Assembly (NCBI GenBank): GCA_023665725.1
Contig: JAMPDH010000003.1
Location: 5,484 to 69,483, forward strand
Source of the DNA: Clostridium sp.
GTDB taxonomy: Bacteria; Bacillota_I; Bacilli_A; RF39; UBA660
Length of the DNA: 64,000 bases
Direction: 5' to 3'
Every line of letters starts with the position of its first letter. Positions within the stretch are counted from its first letter, which is position 1. The position numbers and the translations under genes were made by a program. Positions 49,304 through 58,437 of the stretch are shown here, one piece after another. The notes beneath the pieces are model-generated. The model was given only the letters and a program-made list of their open reading frames with translations, was not told the DNA's origin and did not search any database.

Positions 49304-49690
49304 TTAATTAATATATTTTTCTGCATCCCCTAGATATAATCTATAAAGCATATCAATTTTTATATATATAAGCATTATAAATGCAAATATCCAACCTAGT
49401 ATAGGAATAATAATACATAAAATCCAAGTATATGGAGATAAATATAATTCTTTTCCTGCAACATTTAGTTTAGATGCGCTTTTACAAAGTATTTCAACAT
49501 AGAAAGCTGAAATCATAGCGATAAAAGGAAGAATAAATACTAATCCTAAAACCCAATAATACCATTTTCTATACCAAGCATTACTTCTATATGTATCAAG
49601 TAGTGCACCTAATACAAAAGTATCACTTCCTGATGAAAAAAGCATAAGAAGTAACCAAATCCACCAATTTTCACGTTTTAATATTTTCAT
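49304..49690 (-). CDS. Hypothetical small membrane protein (3-4 TM), downstream of mutS.
   Basis: 128-aa ORF, Trp/Tyr-rich and hydrophobic. It follows mutS 9 nt later. Confidence 0.45.
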   Translation of the reverse strand: MKILKRENWWIWLLLMLFSSGSDTFVLGALLDTYRSNAWYRKWYYWVLGLVFILPFIAMISAFYVEILCKSASKLNVAGKELYLSPYTWILCIIIPILGWIFAFIMLIYIKIDMLYRLYLGDAEKYIN

Positions 49691-49698
49691 ATATCCTC

Positions 49699-52233
49699 CT
49701 ATTTTAATTTTTCTTTTAATTCATAAAGTATATTTAAAGCTTCAAGCGGTGTTATAGATAAAGGGTTAATTTCCTTTATACGCTTTTCTACTATGCTTTC
49801 CTCTTTTACTAATTCTTCTATTGGTAAAGCTTCTTGTACTTTAATATCTCTTTTATATTCAGTATTTTCATATACTTTAAGTATAGCGTCGGCCCTTTTA
49901 ATTACTATTTCTGGAAGATGTGCGAGCTTAGCAACATGTATACCATAACTTTTATCAACACTACCCATCTTTACTTTATGTAAAAATGTAATATTACCAT
50001 TTTCTTCATGCGCACTTACATGTACATTTTTAAGGTTAGTTAATGTATTTTCTAAATCAGTAAGTTCATGGTAATGGGTAGAAAAAAGTGTTTTTGCCTT
50101 TATATTATTATGAATATATTCTATTATAGATTGAGCAAGTGCCATACCATCAAATGTTGCAGTTCCACGTCCTAATTCATCAAACAATATTAAACTTTTA
50201 CTTGTAGCATTACTTATAGCATTATTTGCTTCTATCATTTCGACCATAAATGTAGATTCACCACTAACTAAATCATCACTTGCACCAATTCGTGTATATA
50301 TTGCATCAAATATAGGTACTTTTGCAACTTTAGCTGGAACAAAACATCCTATTTGAGCCATAATAGATATTATAGCCATTTGTCTCATATAAGTTGATTT
50401 ACCAGCCATATTAGGCCCTGTTATTAATAATATGTTTGTATTTTCATCCATTATTACATTATTTTCTACATATTCATTATTTTCTAGTACTTTTTCTACT
50501 ACAGGATGCCTTCCATCTATTATATTTATTTCATTATCTGTAATAATAGGTCTTATATAATTATTCTCTTCAGTTATAGTTGCAAAAGATTGCAATACAT
50601 CTATTTCACTTATTACTTTTGATACCTTTTGAAGTGTTGGAATATATTCTTTAACTTTATCTTTTATAATATTAAATATTTCATACTCAAGCTCTACTAT
50701 TTTTTCTTCTGCATTAAGTATCAAATCTTCTTTTTCTTTTAGTATTGGACTTATATACCTTTCACAATTACTAAGGGTTTGTCTTCTTTCATAACCATAT
50801 TCTTCTTTAATTAAATCTACATTCCCCTTACTAATTTCTATGTAATAACCAAATACTCTATTATATCCAACCTTTAAATTTTTTATACCTGTTCTTTCTT
50901 TTTCTTCTGCCTCAAAACGTGCAACAAAGTCTTTACCTCCTTTTCTTAAAGCTTTGAGTTCATCTAATTCACTATTATAACCATCTTTAATAAGATATCC
51001 TTCTTTTACAGTAACAGGTGGATTTTCATATATACTTTTATCTAATAATTCATATAAATCTTCTAAGGAATTAAAACTTTTATCAAAATTAATTTTTTCT
51101 AATATTTCTTTTATAGTAGGTAATACTTTTAATGAATTTTTAAGTTGTAACAAATCTCTTGCATTTGCAGAACCAAATGCAATTCTTCCTGATAATCTTT
51201 CCAGATCATATACCTCAAACAAACACTCTTGTAAATCGCTTTTTAAAATAAATTCTTTTAAAAGTATTTCTACAAAGTCATATCTTCTATTTATTTCATT
51301 TATATCTATTAATGGATTTTCTATAAAATTCTTTAACATTCTAGAACCCATTGCAGTTTTAGTTTTATCTAGCAACCATATAAGGGAATAATTTCTTTGT
51401 TTTAATCTTAATGTTTCTGTTAACTCAAGATTTCTTTTAGTATGAACATCCATTTTCATATAGTTTTGTTTTTCTTTTATAACTGCCTTTTGTAAATGAG
51501 ATAGATTTCTTTTTTGAGTATTTGTAATATATGTAAGTAAATGTCTAATAGTTTCAATATATCTTACATCATTTATATCTTCGTAAATATATTTATATTC
51601 ATCTGATGTAATTTCATTAAATACAGTAGTTGTTATTTTAAACTGTCTTTCTAGCATAGAGGTTATTTCTATATCTACTTTATCAGTAACTATTATCTCT
51701 TTAATTCCTAAGTTTACTATTTCACTTACTAATAATGTATTATTATGTTCAGTTAAAAACACATTGACTTCTCCAGTTGATATATCTATATAACTAACTC
51801 CATAGGCGTGATTAAAATCAATTACTGAACCTATATAGTTGTTCTCATATTCAACTAAAGATTCATTATCCATTACAGTTCCCTTACTTATTATTTGAAT
51901 TAAATCTCTTTTAACGATTCCTTTAGCTGTTTTAGGATCTTCTAATTGTTCACAAATACCAACTTTGTATCCCTTTTCTACTAATTTATCTATATATATT
52001 TTAGCAGCATGATATGGTATTCCACACATTGGTATTTTTTCATTTAATCCTGCATTTTTACCTGTTAAAGTAAGTTCTAGTTCTCGAGAAATATTTATAG
52101 CATCTTCAAAAAACATTTCATAAAAATCACCTAATCTAAAAAATATTATAACATTAGGATTTTCTTTTTTTACCTCTATATATTGTTTTATTCCAGGAGA
52201 TACCTTATTTATATCTACATCTTTAAGTAACAT
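49699..52233 (-). CDS. mutS: DNA mismatch repair protein MutS.
   Basis: N-terminal mismatch-binding FFRLGDFYEMFFEDA. Walker A GPNMAGKSTYMRQ. The DE...TH motif and HTH C-terminus. 844 aa. Confidence 0.9.
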   Translation of the reverse strand: MLLKDVDINKVSPGIKQYIEVKKENPNVIIFFRLGDFYEMFFEDAINISRELELTLTGKNAGLNEKIPMCGIPYHAAKIYIDKLVEKGYKVGICEQLEDPKTAKGIVKRDLIQIISKGTVMDNESLVEYENNYIGSVIDFNHAYGVSYIDISTGEVNVFLTEHNNTLLVSEIVNLGIKEIIVTDKVDIEITSMLERQFKITTTVFNEITSDEYKYIYEDINDVRYIETIRHLLTYITNTQKRNLSHLQKAVIKEKQNYMKMDVHTKRNLELTETLRLKQRNYSLIWLLDKTKTAMGSRMLKNFIENPLIDINEINRRYDFVEILLKEFILKSDLQECLFEVYDLERLSGRIAFGSANARDLLQLKNSLKVLPTIKEILEKINFDKSFNSLEDLYELLDKSIYENPPVTVKEGYLIKDGYNSELDELKALRKGGKDFVARFEAEEKERTGIKNLKVGYNRVFGYYIEISKGNVDLIKEEYGYERRQTLSNCERYISPILKEKEDLILNAEEKIVELEYEIFNIIKDKVKEYIPTLQKVSKVISEIDVLQSFATITEENNYIRPIITDNEINIIDGRHPVVEKVLENNEYVENNVIMDENTNILLITGPNMAGKSTYMRQMAIISIMAQIGCFVPAKVAKVPIFDAIYTRIGASDDLVSGESTFMVEMIEANNAISNATSKSLILFDELGRGTATFDGMALAQSIIEYIHNNIKAKTLFSTHYHELTDLENTLTNLKNVHVSAHEENGNITFLHKVKMGSVDKSYGIHVAKLAHLPEIVIKRADAILKVYENTEYKRDIKVQEALPIEELVKEESIVEKRIKEINPLSITPLEALNILYELKEKLK

Positions 52234-52298
52234 TAATTCTTCACCATTATAATTATAGCAAAATTACACTTTAAAGTAAAACAAGTTTTAAGTTTAAT

Positions 52299-52334
52299 AT
52301 TAAAAAGAATGAATTTTAATATTTATTCATTCTT
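52299..52334 (-). terminator. Intrinsic terminator after the 52341..54167 gene.
   Basis: A 10-bp stem (aagaatgaat / attcattctt) followed by a U-run on the minus strand. Confidence 0.65.
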
Positions 52335-52340
52335 AACAAT

Positions 52341-54167
52341 CTAAATAGTTTTATTTATATTAGTTTCTTCAACATAGCTAATAAGATTTGGATTAGCATA
52401 AATAATTACTTCTTCCTTAGAAAAATTTGTATAACACTCATTTTTAAAACGTTCTTTACTATAGTCTAACATTGTCTTCTTTTCTTTTAATAACAACTCA
52501 CTTCTTTTATACTTTTTATTAAAACAATAAAGTAAAAATTTATTTATATATTCTAGGGTATCATTAATATTATATTTAGAATATCCTTTACATTCTTTAA
52601 AATTAGAAACATCATTTAAAAAATCTAAATTTAAAACAAATCTATATATATTATCAAAATCCATATATTCGCTTAAACACTCTACTAATCCAGATATATT
52701 TTTACTTAAATATAAACTTTCTAACTTCTTTTTACCGATTAACTCTTCAAGTTCATTTACTATATATAAAGAATTTTTATCATTACTTTTTTCAAAATAT
52801 CTTTTAGTAAGAATTTTAGAATAAAAATCATTAAAGCCTCTACCAAATTCTTGTATATTTAATTTTTTATTTATAATCTCCTTGCTATCATCAGTACCTA
52901 TCATACTTAAAAGAGTACTATAAATTTGTGAATAATCTAAAGGGAAATATTCTTTTACATATAAATTTGGATTAATTGAAATTCTTTTTATATTTTGATA
53001 AAAGGTATTCAAATTAATATCTGGATACTTATTTGAAATAAATAGTTCTATATTAGAAATGGCATTTTTAATATTTAAGGAAACTGATTTAATAGTATCC
53101 GTTCTTTCATTTAAATATAAATTATCAAGATTATTAATTATATCATTAGTTAAAATGTGAATATACTTAACTACATTTTCTTGTTTTGCAATTTCGCTTT
53201 TCCTAAACTGTTTTGGTGCATTATATATCATTCCATTTATTACTTTATTTTCAAATTTTCTAATATGTTTTATTGCTTCTTTTAAATCATAATTATATAT
53301 CATTTTTTTAGAATAACAAATTATTAAAAATTCACTTATTCTTTTTATAGAAGAACACATATTTTCATTTGTAGTATTTTCTCCATTATATTGAACACGA
53401 TATACAAAATCCATGTCATTTATAAAATTATAAATTTGATCGGATGATACATACTTTTGAAGTTCAGAAATTAATCCATATAAATTACCTTTTGCATATA
53501 AACTTTCCATTTGGTTTCTACCAACAACTTTTTCTATAATTTCCGCAACATATACTTGATATTTGTAACCAACTTTATCCCATTCACCTTTATTATTATC
53601 AAAATATCTTTGTGTTAAAAACTGTGTATAGCCCTCATCTATACCATACCCTATTGCATTTTCATGACCGTTTTCTTCACTATATTGCATAAAACCAAAA
53701 TATCCAATATTTTCACCGATATGAGTAGAAAGTAAATGAAACAATTCATGATAAATTGAATATTTATTATGAATTATTTCTATAGTATTTTTTTCTACTT
53801 TATAGTGCCCTAAAGTATCATATGATTTTTTTCTTTTAAAATAGTCAAAAAATCCAGTATTATTATTAATTTTAACCTCATTTATATTATTATAAAAATT
53901 AGTTAAATCATTATCATTAAAATTTTTTTTAATAGTATTTGTAAAATTAACAATTAATTTTCCAAGTTCCATTTTTAATAATCTTTGCATATCTACATTG
54001 TCATATTTTCTGGCAACAAATTCTGGAAGTTGAACCTTACACCTTATTTGTTTTCTAACTAATTTTCCACTTTTTATAGAATTAGCATTAAAATAATTTG
54101 TTACTACACTTGTATTTTCTAAATTATCTATTTTTTCTAATGTACTTAAAAGATTTGCTTGTTCCAT
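52341..54167 (-). CDS. Hypothetical 608-aa protein with an internal duplication. The first copy carries an HExxH (HELFH) motif.
   Basis: No signal peptide. Two homologous halves (GYGIDEGYTQFLTQRYF...ESLYAKGNLYGLISEL and RGFNDFYSKILTKRYF...ESLYLSKNISGLVECL). Only the first half has IYHELFHLL. Confidence 0.45.
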   Translation of the reverse strand: MEQANLLSTLEKIDNLENTSVVTNYFNANSIKSGKLVRKQIRCKVQLPEFVARKYDNVDMQRLLKMELGKLIVNFTNTIKKNFNDNDLTNFYNNINEVKINNNTGFFDYFKRKKSYDTLGHYKVEKNTIEIIHNKYSIYHELFHLLSTHIGENIGYFGFMQYSEENGHENAIGYGIDEGYTQFLTQRYFDNNKGEWDKVGYKYQVYVAEIIEKVVGRNQMESLYAKGNLYGLISELQKYVSSDQIYNFINDMDFVYRVQYNGENTTNENMCSSIKRISEFLIICYSKKMIYNYDLKEAIKHIRKFENKVINGMIYNAPKQFRKSEIAKQENVVKYIHILTNDIINNLDNLYLNERTDTIKSVSLNIKNAISNIELFISNKYPDINLNTFYQNIKRISINPNLYVKEYFPLDYSQIYSTLLSMIGTDDSKEIINKKLNIQEFGRGFNDFYSKILTKRYFEKSNDKNSLYIVNELEELIGKKKLESLYLSKNISGLVECLSEYMDFDNIYRFVLNLDFLNDVSNFKECKGYSKYNINDTLEYINKFLLYCFNKKYKRSELLLKEKKTMLDYSKERFKNECYTNFSKEEVIIYANPNLISYVEETNINKTI

Positions 54168-54280
54168 AATTTCACCTACTATTATTTTTATCTATTTAAG
54201 TATATCATTAATTCAAATAAATTACTATTAAAAAATAAAAATAAGTGTTATAATTTTATTAAATAAAGGAGGATAACATT

Positions 54281-54556
54281 ATGAAAAATACATCTGACTT
54301 ACTTCAAGTTTTATCAAGTGGTGGACTTATTGGTATGATTTCAAATAAGAATATTAAGAAATCTAAAAGATATATATTACTAATTATTTGTTTATTATTT
54401 TATTTAGCTTTAATAGGATTATGTATTTTTGGAATAATATCTAATTTAAATAAAAATTTAACAGTACTTATAATATTAAGCATTATAACAGTTATTCTAA
54501 TAATTGATTTAATTAGATTTATATATAGTGTAATAAGTAATATAAAAGCAGGATAA
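54281..54556 (+). CDS. Small 2-TM membrane protein.
   Basis: Strong AAGGAGG RBS, 91 aa, with its own terminator at 54547..54568. Confidence 0.45.
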   Translation: MKNTSDLLQVLSSGGLIGMISNKNIKKSKRYILLIICLLFYLALIGLCIFGIISNLNKNLTVLIILSIITVILIIDLIRFIYSVISNIKAG

Positions 54557-54568
54557 AATCCTGCTTTT
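54547..54568. terminator. Bidirectional terminator (agcaggat-aaaa-tcctgct).
   Basis: A perfect 7-8-bp GC-containing stem flanked by T-runs on both strands. It sits between convergent genes. Confidence 0.65.
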
Positions 54569-55577
54569 ATATTGATCTTAATTTATTTATAACATTTTCA
54601 AATGTATCTGCTTCTACAATAGTTATATTATAATTATTTTCTCTTACTAAATTAATTACTTCATCATAATTTTCACCAGTTGGAACTATAAATATATCAG
54701 CTCCATTTTTAACCGCGCCTTTTAACTTATATTTTACCCCACCAATACTACCAACTGTACCATCTAAATTAATTGTCCCTGTACCTACTATATTTCTCCC
54801 CCTAGCAATATCCTCTTCTGTTAAATAATCATAGATCGCTATCGTTAACATCAACCCTCCAGATGGTCCAGTTTCGGAGGCATCATAATTAAATGTAAGT
54901 AATGGATTAGTATCCACTTCATATATTTCGCTAACTATTATCCCTATAACTGCCCTATTATTTAATTCCTTTAATGTTGATATAACATTATACTCCTTAT
55001 TATTTCTTTTAACTGTTATTGTTACTTTATCTCCTACACTATATCTATCTAATATTTTATATAAGTCATCTTTATTTTGTATTTTTTCATTTTCTACTTT
55101 TAATATTTCATCTCCAACTTTTAATTCAGTATCAGAATCTATATCTACATAAGTTATATAAACTTTAGTATCTTTAATAGTTACTTGTCCTTTTGCATAA
55201 TTATAAGCAACTATTGTAGCATTATTAACCGATTCTTTAAGCATTATATCACTTCTAAATATTGCTTGTTCTAGTGTTTCATTATCGTATTTTGTATCAT
55301 CAATATTAATAATATCATAATCTTTATTTATAAGTGAATATAAATAGATTGGTATTGTTGCCCTATATTCACTTACATAGGATAAATTTATACTACCATT
55401 AATTTTATTTGAATTTTCTATAGTTATTTTATCATTTACATTTATAAGTCCACCAGGAGCATCTATATAAAAAGGCAATTTAATTATAGAAATTAAAAAT
55501 ATAATAATAAGAGTTATTAAAAATTTTCTATTTTCTTTTATATAATTTTTAATTTTTTCATAAAATTTAGTAATCAT
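54567..55577 (-). CDS. YlbL/SepM-family protein: N-terminal TM, PDZ domain and Lon-protease (S16) C-terminal domain.
   Basis: DAPGGLINV..., PDZ region (VGDEILKVENEKI), and S16 motifs GPSGGLMLTIAIYD and GTGTINLDGTVGSIGGVKYK. Confidence 0.75.
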   Translation of the reverse strand: MITKFYEKIKNYIKENRKFLITLIIIFLISIIKLPFYIDAPGGLINVNDKITIENSNKINGSINLSYVSEYRATIPIYLYSLINKDYDIINIDDTKYDNETLEQAIFRSDIMLKESVNNATIVAYNYAKGQVTIKDTKVYITYVDIDSDTELKVGDEILKVENEKIQNKDDLYKILDRYSVGDKVTITVKRNNKEYNVISTLKELNNRAVIGIIVSEIYEVDTNPLLTFNYDASETGPSGGLMLTIAIYDYLTEEDIARGRNIVGTGTINLDGTVGSIGGVKYKLKGAVKNGADIFIVPTGENYDEVINLVRENNYNITIVEADTFENVINKLRSI

Positions 55578-55623
55578 AAGTTTTCTCCTTTCACATTAAT
55601 TTTATAAGAATGTAGGTGTATAT

Positions 55624-56550
55624 ATGAAAAAATTCAAAGATAAGTTCACCATTATAATTTTATTTTTTTTTATATTTGAAATTATTACTAACTCTAGTTT
55701 AATAATGAATACTATTGGTTTTTCAATAGATATTTGGAAGAATAATATATTTCCATCGCTATTTCCATTTTTTGTTTTGTCAGATTTACTAATTAATTAT
55801 GGTTTCATAGAAACTACAAGTAAATTATTTAAACCATTAATGAAATTATTTAAAATTAAAAGTGAATGTGCGTTTATATTTGTTTTGAGTATATTTTCTG
55901 GTTTTCCAAGCAATTCTAAATATACTAAGGAATTATACGATAAAGGCATTATCAATAATTATGAAGCTACTAAAATATTGATGTGTACACATTTTTCTAA
56001 TCCTATATTTATATTGGGAACAATTACAGTATTTTTAAACAAAAAATTAGCTATTATTATATTAATTTCCCATTATATAGGAAATCTATTAATAGGAATT
56101 ATATTTAGAAATTATCATCCCAGTAATTATAAAAATATAAATAACGAAATTACTAAAAAAGAAACTAAAAATTTCATAGAAGTTTTAACAAATTCTCTAA
56201 TCAAAACTATTGATACCTTATTATTATTACTTGGTATTATAACGACATTTTTAATTATAACTACAGTATTAGATAAAAATTTAAATATTCCTGATATTTA
56301 TCAATATATATTAAATGGTATAATTGAAATGACTCAAGGTCTTAAATATGTAAGTGATCTAAATATAGATATAAATATTAAAGCAATAATTTTTACTTTC
56401 TTTCTATCATTTGGTGGAATCTGTATACATACACAAGTAAAAAGTATATTAAAAGGAACAGACATTAAGTATCTGCCCTATTTACTTGCGCGTATCACTC
56501 ATGGAATTATATCTAGTTTAATAACAACATTAATTATATGCTTATATTAG
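55624..56550 (+). CDS. YlbJ-like sporulation integral membrane protein (nucleoside-recognition/Gate domain family).
   Basis: A polytopic membrane protein divergent from the ylbL-like gene, as in Bacillus. The FPSLFPFFVLSDLL motif is present. The assignment rests on synteny and pattern. Confidence 0.45.
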   Translation: MKKFKDKFTIIILFFFIFEIITNSSLIMNTIGFSIDIWKNNIFPSLFPFFVLSDLLINYGFIETTSKLFKPLMKLFKIKSECAFIFVLSIFSGFPSNSKYTKELYDKGIINNYEATKILMCTHFSNPIFILGTITVFLNKKLAIIILISHYIGNLLIGIIFRNYHPSNYKNINNEITKKETKNFIEVLTNSLIKTIDTLLLLLGIITTFLIITTVLDKNLNIPDIYQYILNGIIEMTQGLKYVSDLNIDINIKAIIFTFFLSFGGICIHTQVKSILKGTDIKYLPYLLARITHGIISSLITTLIICLY

Positions 56551-56928
56551 TTATTTTGAATTTTCATTTAAAGAACATGAATCTTTTTCATCAAGTTCAT
56601 AGGTATATCCATTATTATATTTAATTTTAACAACTTTATCATTTATACTTTTACCATCATAACTTATATTAGAAATAAGTAGATTTTCATTTATTAAATC
56701 TTGTATCCCAATACAATATGTAGATCCATTAGTTATGTCGAAATCATTTTCATATTTAGTCATATATTCTTTTGTGGCTGTTTCTATTAATCGCATAGAA
56801 GCATCATTTACTTCATTATTACTATTATTTATTATATTTATAATAACATTAACAGATAAAGTAATAATAAGCGCAAGTAAAATAACCACACTAATTAATT
56901 CTATCAAAGTAAACCCATTTTTCTTCAT
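56551..56928 (-). CDS. Type IV pilin / ComGC-like major pilin with a canonical class III signal peptide.
   Basis: AGGGTGA RBS. The leader MKKNG|FTLIELISVVILLALI has G-1, F+1 and E+5. Roughly 120 aa, with a C-terminal Cys pair (YCIGIQ...DSCSL). Confidence 0.75.
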   Translation of the reverse strand: MKKNGFTLIELISVVILLALIITLSVNVIINIINNSNNEVNDASMRLIETATKEYMTKYENDFDITNGSTYCIGIQDLINENLLISNISYDGKSINDKVVKIKYNNGYTYELDEKDSCSLNENSK

Positions 56929-56933
56929 ATTAA

Positions 56934-57479
56934 TCACCCTATCATTATATCCGCTATAGCATTTCTAACATTAGAAAATGTATCAAATATGTAATAAAAG
57001 AAATCTTTAATTACATTAGTTTTGGAATTTTTATTATCTATATATAAAATAAAATCATTACCGAATTTTTCAACTCTTATATCATTTGTGTAACGTTTAT
57101 ATTTTTTTATTAAATCTTCTAAATCTATATTATTTGTATTTCCATATAAATAAATCATATCTTTATTTATATAAATACTACTACTTAGAAATGATTTAAA
57201 AAATTTTTTAATTTCAAAAATATTACATATAATAAAATCCACTCTTTTTTTCTTAAAAAATTTTTTTAAAGATTTAATTTTTATTAATTTAGATTTTGTG
57301 GTTTCAGTACTATCATGATACATTTTTTTAGATTTCCCTGATTTATAGTTAGTTAATGAATTACATATTAATATTTTTTCATTATCGTTAACTAAATCAT
57401 AAATAATCGGTTCATTTACACCAATTAATAGTACATTCCCACTTAAACATTTTGTAATTTTTATTAAATTTTCTTCCAT
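56934..57479 (-). CDS. Hypothetical protein (181 aa) between tcdA and the pilin gene.
   Basis: An ORF overlapping the downstream pilin start. No family motif. Confidence 0.4.
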   Translation of the reverse strand: MEENLIKITKCLSGNVLLIGVNEPIIYDLVNDNEKILICNSLTNYKSGKSKKMYHDSTETTKSKLIKIKSLKKFFKKKRVDFIICNIFEIKKFFKSFLSSSIYINKDMIYLYGNTNNIDLEDLIKKYKRYTNDIRVEKFGNDFILYIDNKNSKTNVIKDFFYYIFDTFSNVRNAIADIMIG

Positions 57480-57483
57480 ATAA

Positions 57484-58164
57484 TCACTTCTTTATTATAT
57501 CATTTATTACATAACTTGAACAAAGTAACCCTGCTATAGCTGGAACAAAAGAATTTGATCCTATTACTTCTCCTGTTTTTACGCTTTCTTCCTCACTATA
57601 TACAACAGGTATATTTACATTTATACCTTCATCCTTAATCATCTTCCTTAAAATTTTAGCAATTTTATCATAAGAGGTTTTCCTAATATCAGCAATTTTC
57701 AGTCTAGTAGGATCCATTTTATTACCTACGCCCATACAAGATATAATTTTAATATCATTACTTACACATTCTTTTATTAATAATTTTTTAGTTTCAATTG
57801 TATCAAGACTATCTATTACATAATCAATTTTTTCTTTAAATACTAATTTTATATTTTCTTTATTTAAAAATAAATCATAACATTTAATTTCTATAAATGG
57901 ATTTATTTTTTCTACTCGCTTTTTTAAAACATCTATCTTTTTTTGACCAATATTAGTATGATCAGTCATAAGTTGCCTATTTAAATTAGTTATATCTATA
58001 ATGTCGTAATCAACTAATATTATTTTTTTTATACCACTTCTTACAAGAGATTCAACTGCGTAACTTCCAACTCCTCCAAGACCCGCTACTAATACTGTTT
58101 TATCTGCAATTTTATTTAAATTTTCACTACCTATTAAAAGTTCTAAACGGTTTAATTGTTCCAA
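57484..58164 (-). CDS. tcdA: tRNA threonylcarbamoyladenosine dehydratase (ThiF/MoeB E1-like, TcdA/CsdL).
   Basis: Rossmann motif VAGLGGVGSYAVESLVRSGIKKIILVDYD and NLNRQ. Roughly 226 aa with no rhodanese or Cys-rich tail. Confidence 0.75.
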   Translation of the reverse strand: MEQLNRLELLIGSENLNKIADKTVLVAGLGGVGSYAVESLVRSGIKKIILVDYDIIDITNLNRQLMTDHTNIGQKKIDVLKKRVEKINPFIEIKCYDLFLNKENIKLVFKEKIDYVIDSLDTIETKKLLIKECVSNDIKIISCMGVGNKMDPTRLKIADIRKTSYDKIAKILRKMIKDEGINVNIPVVYSEEESVKTGEVIGSNSFVPAIAGLLCSSYVINDIIKK

Positions 58165-58437
58165 TTATATTCACCATATAAAGTATAGCATAATCAAAAA
58201 AAATAGGCAATAAAAAAACCTAAAGAATTAGATATTCAAACGACAAACCCGGTCTTCCAGGTGGGCATCACATTACAAATTTTAGGATTCCCTTAAAGGG
58301 CATTCAACACCACTTGTAAATTAGATTCCCAATCGTTTTATTTGTAGGTTTTTCTTTTAGAATACTAATATCTTTAGGTATTTATATTATACCATCATTT
58401 TTAAAATAAATCCATTTTTTTATAAAAAATTAATATT

